Of a stretch of DNA of 64,000 bases, positions 9,637 through 18,405 are shown piece after piece. The stretch covers positions 14,075-78,074 of the forward strand of contig JAZKIS010000009.1 in the NCBI GenBank assembly GCA_040384725.1. The letters are read 5' to 3'. A program made the position numbers and the translations under genes. Below the pieces are notes generated by a model, which did not search any database, was not told the origin of the DNA, and saw only the letters and a program-made list of their open reading frames with translations. The DNA comes from Patescibacteria group bacterium. Its GTDB lineage: Bacteria; Patescibacteriota; Minisyncoccia; Phycocordibacterales; Phycocordibacteraceae. Position 1 is the stretch's first letter. Each line of letters starts with the position of its first letter.

Positions 9637-10065
9637 ATGGAAGTAGAGATCAATTACTTAGCGGTGCTCCTCTCGACGCTTGCGTCGGTTATCTTAGGGT
9701 CGCTTTGGTTCGGCCCATTGTTCGGCAAGCAGTGGATGCGCCTCGCCGGCATCCAGATGCCCGGAGAGATAACTCGCGCCATGAAGAGGAGCATGATGCG
9801 TTCGTACGCGCTCGTTGCGCTCACCAGCTTCGTTATGGCAGCGGTGCTCGCGCACATCCTCTTCTACGTTACCGAGTTCTCGGACGTGTTTGGCGTCGAT
9901 ACCGCCATAACAACCGCGCTCTGGTGCTGGCTCGGGTTCGTGGTACCGGCGACCCTCGGCTCCGTGCTCTGGGAAGACCGTCCCTGGAAGTACTGGTTCA
10001 TAACGGCCGGCTTCTGGCTCGTTGCCCTCGTTGTTACGGCCGCGATATTAGCCGTCTGGCGCTAG
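9637..10065 (+). CDS. DUF1761 family membrane protein
   Basis: INYLAV...GSLWFGPLFGKQW signature; 4 TM helices. Confidence 0.85.
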   Translation: MEVEINYLAVLLSTLASVILGSLWFGPLFGKQWMRLAGIQMPGEITRAMKRSMMRSYALVALTSFVMAAVLAHILFYVTEFSDVFGVDTAITTALWCWLGFVVPATLGSVLWEDRPWKYWFITAGFWLVALVVTAAILAVWR

Positions 10066-10132
10066 GATTGAAATAGGGGAGTGTTTTAGGTATTGTACGT
10101 AGACCGGGAGCGGGTTCGCCCGCTTTTGGTAT

Positions 10133-10203
10133 TGCGGGATCGTCTAATGGTAGGACAGCGCTCTCTGGAGGCGTTTATCTAGGTTCGAGTCCTAGTCCCG
10201 CAG
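10133..10203 (+). tRNA. tRNA-Gln(CTG)
   Basis: TGCGGGA/TCCCGCA acceptor stem; anticodon loop CTCTGGA; T loop TTCGAGT. Confidence 0.93.
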
Positions 10204-10295
10204 CAATCAAGGAGGTGGTTTCGTGCGTCCTAAGAGCGTGGCTTGTGTTCTGTCAGGCAGGTGTGGAATTCCGCTGGAAAAGGTAGAATTTCAAT

Positions 10296-11357
10296 ATGAC
10301 TGGCCGCGAACTTCCCAAACCAAATACTCAATTCTTGAGTTGGTTTTATGGAGAGCATAAGAAAGGTACTTTGGTACTGAATCCTAAATATCAGCGAAAC
10401 CCGATCTGGTCTATAGGACAGAAATGTTTCTTGATAGATAGTCTTATTTCAGGCTCTCCAATACCTCAGGTATTTATAAACATACAGACTACCGGAAAGG
10501 GTGCGAGCAGGGCTACCCAATATGAGATTGTTGATGGTCAGCAGAGGTTGAGAGCTGTACTAGAATTTATGGACGACGAGTACGCCTTAATTCGCACGAC
10601 TGCGAAATCTTATCCTGTCTCTGACATATACGAACCGCAGATCGGGAAGAAGTATTCCGAACTTCCAGACAGTCTGCAAAGTGCAATATGGAACTATTCC
10701 TTAGCTGTGCAGGAATTGCGCGAATGGAACGATGTCGAAATTCGAGCTCTATTCCGTCGTTTAAATTATGTGGTTGAAAAGTTGTCTAACCAGGAGCTCA
10801 GGCACTCTCAATATTTCGGTGAATTTGTAGGAGCAGTTGAAGGACTCTCATCAGCAAAATTCTGGGATGATTTAAATTTCTTCACTCGAAGAGATTCACA
10901 GCGGATGAAAGACGTTGAATACGTCAGTGAGTTATTTGCGATATTGATTGATGGTATTCAGGACCAGCAAAAAACACTTGATCGTTTTTATGCGGACTAT
11001 GACGTTGTATTTCCACATAAAAGTAGGTATATCTCGACCTTCGGCCGAACACTCGAGTCGTTCAGGACAATTCAAGAGTATCTAGAGGAAAGTCGATTCA
11101 AGAATAAGGCGGATTTCTATACTTTGTTTGCTGCAGTCTCTGAGATAAACACTCGTACTAAAGTTGCAACTGACTTGAGTGAGGCAGAATCAGCATTAAG
11201 GCGATTTGAACAGGAGCTGGCAGCTCCTGTTGAACAGTTAAGAGGAAAGGCAAGTCGTTATTACCAGACGGTTATAGAAGGCCCAAATAAGAAAGCTAAG
11301 CGCGAAGAACGTACAGCTATATTTCGGGAAATCTTATCAAGAGCCCTGAAAACTTAA
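10296..11357 (+). CDS. DUF262 (GmrS/ParB-like) domain protein
   Basis: PKYQRNPIW, LIDSL, IVDGQQRL and LFRRLN motifs. Confidence 0.9.
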   Translation: MTGRELPKPNTQFLSWFYGEHKKGTLVLNPKYQRNPIWSIGQKCFLIDSLISGSPIPQVFINIQTTGKGASRATQYEIVDGQQRLRAVLEFMDDEYALIRTTAKSYPVSDIYEPQIGKKYSELPDSLQSAIWNYSLAVQELREWNDVEIRALFRRLNYVVEKLSNQELRHSQYFGEFVGAVEGLSSAKFWDDLNFFTRRDSQRMKDVEYVSELFAILIDGIQDQQKTLDRFYADYDVVFPHKSRYISTFGRTLESFRTIQEYLEESRFKNKADFYTLFAAVSEINTRTKVATDLSEAESALRRFEQELAAPVEQLRGKASRYYQTVIEGPNKKAKREERTAIFREILSRALKT

Positions 11358-11363
11358 GCGCAT

Positions 11364-12044
11364 ATGAGTTTGGCTAGCGAAGAGGTACGCAAATTCATCG
11401 ACAGGGTGCAGGTGGCTGGAAACTACCACCGCGAGCTACTATCCGCGGTTCATTTAAAGACCCATCAGGCTTCGCTTGAAACGATGCTCTCGGAACAGTT
11501 TGTATTTAACATGGTGGTGTATTGGGAAGTTTTTGTGAGTGATCTCCTCCTTTCCTATCTTGTCATGTCCCCAGCACAATACCGCAAAACCCTGCGCGAA
11601 AAGATTCAAGCCTCAATAAAAGATCGTTATGGCAGCGCTGCAAGTAGAACTATTAGTTTCAGAAACGAAACGAGACTTTCGTTAGCTCAAGCAGCAGCCC
11701 TAGTTGACCCAAAAGATTTTAATATATCAGTAATTTCAGCTGATAATTTGGCAAAACGAGCAAACGAGATTCTTGCTGCAAAATATGCGAAGTCCTTTAC
11801 TCTTGACCCGGATGACAGACAGTTTGTAGATTTTCTAATTTCTATTAGAAACTATCTTGCGCACAGAAGTCAGGGATCACGAACTGCCTTGAGAAGCGCG
11901 GTTACATCTCTCCGGGGAATTAACTCTGACCTTAGTGGGAACATTACGAATGTGGGGACCTACCTTAAGGCAAAGAATGCTGCTGACGAGACTCGAGCAC
12001 TTGTCATAGCTCGCCGCCTAGAAGAGTTGGCTCTTAAACTCTAA
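11364..12044 (+). CDS. HEPN-domain protein (putative RNase effector)
   Basis: Helical protein with N-terminal WEVFV and C-terminal RNYLAH (Rx4H). Confidence 0.75.
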   Translation: MSLASEEVRKFIDRVQVAGNYHRELLSAVHLKTHQASLETMLSEQFVFNMVVYWEVFVSDLLLSYLVMSPAQYRKTLREKIQASIKDRYGSAASRTISFRNETRLSLAQAAALVDPKDFNISVISADNLAKRANEILAAKYAKSFTLDPDDRQFVDFLISIRNYLAHRSQGSRTALRSAVTSLRGINSDLSGNITNVGTYLKAKNAADETRALVIARRLEELALKL

Positions 12045-12092
12045 AGGATAATGTTCTAGACATAGTAATAAGTGCGTGGTTTTATAATAGAC

Positions 12093-12893
12093 ATGGATAT
12101 TTCTAAGCTTCCTGCACCGGATAGCGAAGAGCTCAGAGCTCTTGTTGAGAATGGGGTGACAAGAGATATATACGCTGCACTCTACGCGAATATGGATAAG
12201 TCGTTATCCATATCGGAAATCCGTTCCCTTCTAGGACTTGTTTCGGGAGAACAAGAGCATCTAAATCGTCGACTCCGTGATCTTTATGGTGCTTTTGAGA
12301 TTGAACGCACAAGACGCGGCAGGGATACGCTTTATAGATTGGTGTCTCGTGCAGAAAATCCTCATCAGACCGCTGGGCGAATTTCAGCAAAAGTCAGAGC
12401 ATGGATTCTCCGAGATCAACGCTGTAAGCAATGCGGGCGCACCCCTTCAGAAGACAAGATAAAGCTGCACGTCGATCATATTATTCCTCAGGAGTGGGGA
12501 GGCACTGATGCGGAAGAGAATCTACAGGCCCTATGTTCAGAGTGTAATGAAGGGAAGAAGAATTTCTATTCAAGTTTTAATGAGTTTGCGGAGAGCATCA
12601 AACAAGCCATAAGTTACGATGAACCCCACAAGCGTATTGGCGAGTTACTGAAAGCTTTTAATGGAAAACCTGTTCCATCTGACTTGCTAGAAGTGGTAGC
12701 AAAAGCAAAGCAATACCAGGACGATTGGCAGAAAAGAATGCGCGAGTTACGCGAACTTGGTTGGGATTATTCGTTTGAAAAGCGCAGGGAAGGATCTAGA
12801 GTAAGAACCTACTACGTCTTGCTGCACTCAGAGTCGTGGCCTGAGGGAAGTATTCGCGCTGAGATTAGGCGACGAGAACTCGAGAAGAAGTAG
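12093..12893 (+). CDS. HNH endonuclease flanked by winged-helix-like domains (candidate restriction enzyme)
   Basis: CKQC...LHVDHIIP...GG...NLQALCSECNEGK; RRLRDL and KRMRELRE helices on either side. Confidence 0.85.
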   Translation: MDISKLPAPDSEELRALVENGVTRDIYAALYANMDKSLSISEIRSLLGLVSGEQEHLNRRLRDLYGAFEIERTRRGRDTLYRLVSRAENPHQTAGRISAKVRAWILRDQRCKQCGRTPSEDKIKLHVDHIIPQEWGGTDAEENLQALCSECNEGKKNFYSSFNEFAESIKQAISYDEPHKRIGELLKAFNGKPVPSDLLEVVAKAKQYQDDWQKRMRELRELGWDYSFEKRREGSRVRTYYVLLHSESWPEGSIRAEIRRRELEKK

Positions 12894-13890
12894 CCTTTGG
12901 TTTCTTCGGGGCGGTTGGTTTTCGGTCACCCTGCTCGATTGCCTTTCTGATTGCCTTTCTGATTGCTTTGCCAACAGCTTCAGCGACGGGAGGAGGAAAG
13001 GCATTACCAACCTGGCGATAAGCTGCGGTTTTTTTCCCTGAGAATTTCCACTCCTTTGGGAAGCCTTGAATGATTGCGGCCATCTGAACAGTCAGGCGGG
13101 GGTCACCATCAAAATCTGCTTGGGGAGCAAACTCAACTAAGCCCTTCCCGTCTACTCCAAGCGCGAGCCACGCTTTTTTCGCTCGTGTGGGTCCCAAATC
13201 AGCACCCCCGTGCTTTTTAGATCCTCCAACTAGTGTTGGTCCAACCTTAGAAGCTTTTTTCCGCCATGCATCAACTTTCTTCCAGCCGGCACTTGCCATC
13301 AGTTCATATAAAGCATCACCAACAGTCACAATCTTTTCCGTATTTCCTATGGGCCATTCGAAATGCTCGGCATACGGTTTCTGTAAGGCAACCATAAGTG
13401 TGCGCGGCCGAAGTTGAGGCACTCCAAAATGTGCTGCATGGAATAGCTTCCACGAGACAACATACCCCATGCGCTCCAACTTCTTTGTAATGACATCCCT
13501 ATAATCTTTGAACTTCGGATCTAAGAGACCTCTTACATTTTCAATCAATACTGCCTTGGGCTGAGTTTCTTTAACGAGCTTAAGCATGGCAGGAAAGAGA
13601 TCACGCTCATCAAGTTCTCCAAGTTGCTTTCCAGCTTTTGAGAATGGGGGGCAGGGAACACCTCCCGCAACAAGATCAACACCTTTGTACTGAGTTCCCT
13701 TAAATTTATTTAAATCTGCTTGAATGACATTCCATTTGGGACGATTAAGTCGGAGTGTATTGCAAAATTGCTCTTCAATTTCTACCAGGGCTGCATGCTC
13801 AAACCCAGCGCGCTCGAGACCTATGGCCTGGCCACCTGCGCCTGCGCAGACTTCCAAAGAGGTTAATTTTTTACTTGATGCCTTAGCCAT
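12865..13890 (-). CDS. DNA (cytosine-5) methyltransferase, NgoMIV/NaeI-like
   Basis: CAGAGG, PCPPFS, ENV, QLRPR, RQVGNA; TRD PTLVGGSKKHGG.DLGPTR recalled from GCCGGC methyltransferases. Confidence 0.92.
   Translation of the reverse strand: MAKASSKKLTSLEVCAGAGGQAIGLERAGFEHAALVEIEEQFCNTLRLNRPKWNVIQADLNKFKGTQYKGVDLVAGGVPCPPFSKAGKQLGELDERDLFPAMLKLVKETQPKAVLIENVRGLLDPKFKDYRDVITKKLERMGYVVSWKLFHAAHFGVPQLRPRTLMVALQKPYAEHFEWPIGNTEKIVTVGDALYELMASAGWKKVDAWRKKASKVGPTLVGGSKKHGGADLGPTRAKKAWLALGVDGKGLVEFAPQADFDGDPRLTVQMAAIIQGFPKEWKFSGKKTAAYRQVGNAFPPPVAEAVGKAIRKAIRKAIEQGDRKPTAPKKPKATSSRVLVA
12937..12966. repeat. 12-bp tandem repeat in the methyltransferase C-terminus (KAIR x2.5)
   Basis: GATTGCCTTTCT GATTGCCTTTCT GATTGC. 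Confidence 0.85.
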
Positions 13891-13914
13891 AAACATAATT
13901 CTACCAAAATTGAC

Positions 13915-14953
13915 CTAACTACGCTGTACGGGCAAAGCGCCTAGGAAAATCCTTTTTTCTTTCAAAATAAGTTGATTTTTCAAACACGACAAAAGTTCAC
14001 GCTTCTCCAGGAGCGTCCCTTCCCGCAGGACATATTTCGCATAATAACGAATATCAATATCTTCTGTATCAATTTCGTCAGAATTCCCGGAGACGACATT
14101 TTGAAAACGTCTGAATCTTCTCACCTCGTCCATGAGTTTATGTTTGACCCTTATTTCATCAATGTCTGTTTGATCTAGAAGCGCCTCGAATTGAGCAATC
14201 AGCTCTTCTTCTCGTAGGTATCCGCCACAGCAGTCTCGGTCTTTTGACCTACTACATCCGTAGTAAACGTATCTCGCTGTGAGACCTGTCTTTTTAATGT
14301 GCTTGAATTTTTCTTCAGCAGATACCCCTGAACCGCATAGTCCACAAGTAAGTAGTCGAGTGAAGGCGAATTCCTTCGTCTCACTCCGGACTATGCGGTC
14401 CCGCTTGAGTTGAGCTTGTGTCAGATCGAAGAGCTCTCGCGTGATGATTGGCTCATGCAGTCCGTTGTACCAATTGCCGCTCTTGGCTGGGTATTCGAAC
14501 TGTCCGTAGTAGAAGGGCATACCCAGGATCTTGTGGACGTTGCTGAGACTAAGATGTTTATTGCCACGGGGCGTCCTCAAGTTCAAATCAAACCTTAGCC
14601 AGTGGTATACCTTCCGCCCAGTCCATTTCTCGTACGCGACCTTCTCGAACATTTGCTTAATGATATGAGCTCGTTCCGGATCAGTTATGACATGTCCGCG
14701 ACGATCTGCTCGATTCTGACTTAGGTATCCTGTTGGTGCGGGAGAAGGCCATAGCCCCATCTCGCACCGCATGCGTAGACCTCGCTTCACGTTCACGCTC
14801 TTGTTGTCGTTATCGAGCTTCGCCTGAGAACAGAGAATCATGAGGAGGAATTTCTCGCTCGGCGAGTTGCTGAAGCGCTGCCCGTACGTCCGTATCTCAA
14901 CGAGTGCTTTCTGGTCCATAAGATCGACCAGAGTGCCGAGGTCTCCAGCGTTG
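13915..14953 (-). pseudogene. Large serine recombinase, 5'-truncated (catalytic N-terminus missing)
   Basis: Homology begins at NAGDLGTLVDLMDQ; P.GY, recombinase domain, HEPII and zinc ribbon (CGLCG...YYGC) are present; no N-terminal YxRxS. Confidence 0.8.
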
Positions 14954-15250
14954 CTGGATGCGTTGAAGGAATGCCGGGGTTGGGAAGAGGAGTTACAAGG
15001 AAAGACCGTTGCAGGTACGTCAGCCGGTGTCTGCTTCCTGTCTCGGTACTACTATAGCCTCAGCAATCTAGAGGTTCGAGAAGGTCTCGGACTCTTGCCC
15101 GTTAAGGCACTCGTACATTATCGCTCTGATTATAATGCCCCTAATATTGACTGGGACGTGGCATACCAAACGCTTGATGAGTATGGAGAGAATCTCCCGA
15201 TCCTCGCGCTTCCAGAAGGAGGATTCGAGATCATTGAAAAGACGTTCTAG
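14950..15250 (+). pseudogene. Peptidase E / class I glutamine amidotransferase-like fragment (5'-truncated)
   Basis: AGTSAG nucleophile elbow, GLGLLP, VHY; N-terminal half replaced by antisense recombinase sequence. Confidence 0.7.
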
Positions 15251-15278
15251 CGGTCACTCGTCCGTCAGTTCAGTATAA

Positions 15279-15312
15279 GGAAAGCCGCCCGTATACAGGG
15301 CGGCTTTCCTTG
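15279..15312. terminator. Bidirectional terminator
   Basis: GGAAAGCCGCCC-N6-GGGCGGCTTTCC. Confidence 0.8.
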
Positions 15313-15323
15313 TCGAGAACAAA

Positions 15324-15581
15324 TTAGATAGCTTCGTCCGCTGTTATCTCTGCAGAATTTGTCCACTGCTGAACACGGCCCTTGAACTGGTCCCAGTCTG
15401 CAGCGACCCAATCTTTCGCTGCATCTACCTCGCCACTGAAGTTATCCAGCATGCTGGTACGCTCCAAACGTTCCTCAGCATCCATCTTCTCTATCTTTGC
15501 CGATTCCTCCTTCTTTACGCCCTCCCACCATTGGCGGTAGTCATTGCCTGCATCGTTAAGGTTTGGAGTGTCGTTATCCAT
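15324..15581 (-). CDS. Small acidic hypothetical protein
   Basis: 85-aa ORF; WDQFKGRVQQW is reminiscent of CsbD-like proteins. Confidence 0.65.
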   Translation of the reverse strand: MDNDTPNLNDAGNDYRQWWEGVKKEESAKIEKMDAEERLERTSMLDNFSGEVDAAKDWVAADWDQFKGRVQQWTNSAEITADEAI

Positions 15582-15672
15582 ACGTATTGTTGGTTTAAGG
15601 TCTGCTAGATATAACTCGCGCTATGTGAGCTATCCTACGTTCCTCTGTATGAATGCTGGGTGAATCAGAAAT

Positions 15673-15981
15673 CTACCTGGATTTCTTCTTCTCAAGTATT
15701 CCCTGAACTGAAGGACTTATCGGTTTATCCTTGCGGTGGATACACCCGATCCAGCAGCAGGGGCGGCGCACACCTTCCTTGAGTTCGCTGATAAGTCTCT
15801 TTACGTGCTCCTCCCGGGTCTCTGCTTTCTTTACCGATGTAACCCAACAGATCCATTCGTTACGTGCGAGCGGCGTACGCTGTTCCCATGCAAAAAGTGC
15901 CTTCTTGTCTGAGGTAAGAGCCTTTCGTATGTCAGACGGCATTCTGTGCACCGTACCGCCAGGGAGTGCTTTCTCAGTCAT
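15673..15981 (-). CDS. YdeI/OmpD-associated family protein
   Basis: P.D.RKAL...TPLARNEWICWV.SVKK.ETR...RRPCCW. Confidence 0.85.
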   Translation of the reverse strand: MTEKALPGGTVHRMPSDIRKALTSDKKALFAWEQRTPLARNEWICWVTSVKKAETREEHVKRLISELKEGVRRPCCWIGCIHRKDKPISPSVQGILEKKKSR

Positions 15982-16072
15982 ACGTAAACTGTACACCAGT
16001 TATGCAATGGGTGTGCAAAAGAGGCACAGATCTCTGAGACAATAGAGACATTAGCTAATCTTACGCATTTGT

Positions 16073-16456
16073 ATGGATATCACAGTCTTTCTCGCACAGA
16101 TCTGGGGACCGATTATGCTCGCTATCGGACTCGGTATCTTCGTTAGTCGCAGCTACTACCTAAAGCTCTATCGTGATCTGGAAAAGGAGATGCTCGCGGT
16201 CCTTATCTTCGGTATGGCCGGCACTGCGCTCGGTATCATGCAGATAAGCGTGCATAACGCGTGGAATACGCTCCCTCAGATAATCGTGAGCGTGCTCGGT
16301 TGGGGACTCCTGCTAAAGGGAGTCGTATTCATAATCGCGCCACGGTTCGTGGATCGTGGAGGAGATTGGGAAGCTAAGTCCGGATTGCTGCCGCTAGTAG
16401 CGACGGTACTACTCATACTGGGCGCGTACTTGGTCTGGGTCGGATACGCATCCTAG
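16073..16456 (+). CDS. Hypothetical 4-TM membrane protein
   Basis: Hydrophobic ORF with HNAW motif. Confidence 0.75.
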   Translation: MDITVFLAQIWGPIMLAIGLGIFVSRSYYLKLYRDLEKEMLAVLIFGMAGTALGIMQISVHNAWNTLPQIIVSVLGWGLLLKGVVFIIAPRFVDRGGDWEAKSGLLPLVATVLLILGAYLVWVGYAS

Positions 16457-16520
16457 GTTCATGAAAACGTCACCTACTATCTCTTAGTATGCCGAGCGTA
16501 CAAGCCTAATAATTCCTTAC

Positions 16521-16772
16521 ATGGGTATCATCCTTTGGATTGTGTTCGGTGCGATTGTCGGTTGGCTCGCGTCTCTTATCATGAAGACTAACGGCCAGCA
16601 GAACCTGCTTCTTGATATCATCGTGGGTATTGTCGGTGCGGTGCTCGGCGGCTGGATCATGACTATGCTCGGCCAGGGAGGAGTAGAAGGCTTCAACCTC
16701 TACAGCTTCGTCGTCGCGCTTATCGGCGCAGTCGTGCTGCTCGCTATCGTAAAGATGGTTCGCAGGGGATAG
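16521..16772 (+). CDS. GlsB/YeaQ/YmgE (transglycosylase-associated) membrane protein
   Basis: WIVFGAIVGWLA...IIVGIVGAVLGG...ALIGAVVLL. Confidence 0.92.
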   Translation: MGIILWIVFGAIVGWLASLIMKTNGQQNLLLDIIVGIVGAVLGGWIMTMLGQGGVEGFNLYSFVVALIGAVVLLAIVKMVRRG

Positions 16773-16820
16773 GAAGCCTTACGCATAAGAAGAGCCCGGT
16801 CTTTCTGGACCGGGCTCTTC

Positions 16821-17462
16821 TTATTTCCTGCGGGCCTTCTTGTACTGTGTGTAGAAGAGGAATCCCAGAGCTCCCACGACCCCGAGAACGATCGCTACCT
16901 GGAGGAACGACTCTACGGTCGAGAAGTAGGCGAGCATCTCGTCAGCGGCCTCGATTCCCGCATACCCGAGGTAGAGGAAGAAACAGTCACGGAGGATAGA
17001 GCCGATGATCGTGGTGATGATGAACAGGCGGAGCGGGACCTTGAGCGCGCCTGCGCCGAACGACACAACGACGCTCGGAACGAAGGGGAGCGTTCTCAGA
17101 AGCGTAAGGAGGAGATAGTCCTTCCACCCATTCCCGAGACGCGCACCGAAGGATTCAATCTGCGCATGGGTTACCCCGAAGAATTTCGCGAACCTGCCTG
17201 AAAGCAGATCCTCTGCCTTATCGGCAACGACATAGACCACCAGTGCTCCAACGAGCTTGCCTGCTGTTGCTGCGAGGGAGAGCCCGAACAGCATCCAAAG
17301 CGAGTATCCCTGTATCTGCGCCAGGCTTCCCATAACGAGCATAACGGGACCCGAGGGAATAGGAGCGATAACTTCCTCTATTGCCGAAGAGACCGCGGCA
17401 AAAACCGGAAGCGGCATGGCGGTCGCAAGCGAGAGCATGAGCTCCTCCAGGTGATGAAACAT
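16821..17462 (-). CDS. DedA/VTT domain membrane protein
   Basis: PIPS, RTLPFVP...SFGAG...F...T.IG motifs. Confidence 0.85.
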   Translation of the reverse strand: MFHHLEELMLSLATAMPLPVFAAVSSAIEEVIAPIPSGPVMLVMGSLAQIQGYSLWMLFGLSLAATAGKLVGALVVYVVADKAEDLLSGRFAKFFGVTHAQIESFGARLGNGWKDYLLLTLLRTLPFVPSVVVSFGAGALKVPLRLFIITTIIGSILRDCFFLYLGYAGIEAADEMLAYFSTVESFLQVAIVLGVVGALGFLFYTQYKKARRK

Positions 17463-17591
17463 GCCTAAGGTATACCATGCTCGGTACAGCGTTTTCTTCC
17501 CCTACTATGCCTTCATGAGGCCTTAATGCGCAGCATGTAATTGTACGGGGATGCGGCCGGGCCGCTTATTCCCTTTATACTCCAGAACATT

Positions 17592-18362
17592 ATGATGAAA
17601 TTATTCAGTCTCGCGCTTCTTTTTAGTCTTGTCGTAGTTGCTGGCAGCGCACAGGCCCAAATACTCAATACCAACGGCAGCGCGAGCGTAAACGGCAGTG
17701 CATCAACCGGAAACGATGATACGAGCGTATCAGCGGATGCCGATACAACAGTTGACGCAAACGTCGACGCTGACACAACGAATGATTCCGATAGCACCAC
17801 TGCCACTGAAGGAGATGCTTCAGTATCCGGAAACGCAATGAGTGATTCCGGCATTGGATTCAACATCCTCCGCAGCGAGATGGATGAGAATACCGACTAT
17901 GCGGTAACGAAGGCAGACTCTGTACGCACGTCCGCAAGCCTCGAGTCCTATGCGGCTGCAACGGTCCGCGCTGATGAGCGTCTTGATTCGGTCGAGATGA
18001 ATAGCGGGCAGATGGACATGGAGTATCGCAAGCCCGCGAAGTTCCTTTGGATCTTTCCGGCAAGCCTCAAGGCGCACGTGACGGTTGATCAGGAGGGGGA
18101 GGTTACGGCGCGCTACCCATGGTACTCGTTCCTGTTCTCAACCGATGAGACGCGCTCGGCGCTTGAAGCTGAGATCCGTGACGAGGTCGAAGCCATCGAT
18201 GATTCTGCACAGGTGACAGCGAGCGCAGAGGTCTCAGGAACCGCCTCGACGGGCGTACAGGGAGATCCTGTGATTCGTCGCTGGGCACGTATTATCGAAG
18301 CGGCCTATATTGCAGTCTCCGGTGATGCACGCGTTGATGCGAGTGCACAGGCATCGTCATAA
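17592..18362 (+). CDS. Secreted hypothetical protein with S/T/D-rich low-complexity region
   Basis: Signal peptide; KFLWIFP...YPWYSFL C-terminal domain. Confidence 0.75.
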   Translation: MMKLFSLALLFSLVVVAGSAQAQILNTNGSASVNGSASTGNDDTSVSADADTTVDANVDADTTNDSDSTTATEGDASVSGNAMSDSGIGFNILRSEMDENTDYAVTKADSVRTSASLESYAAATVRADERLDSVEMNSGQMDMEYRKPAKFLWIFPASLKAHVTVDQEGEVTARYPWYSFLFSTDETRSALEAEIRDEVEAIDDSAQVTASAEVSGTASTGVQGDPVIRRWARIIEAAYIAVSGDARVDASAQASS

Positions 18363-18405
18363 GACAGCTATAAGAAAAAGGCCCGCAACCATGCGGGCCT
18401 TTTTC

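Larger units (their letters stand above)
10204..14953. mobile_element. tRNA-Gln-linked defence island with truncated serine recombinase
   Basis: Visible shift to AT-richer sequence directly after the tRNA; defence genes; recombinase remnant at the distal end. Confidence 0.75.
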
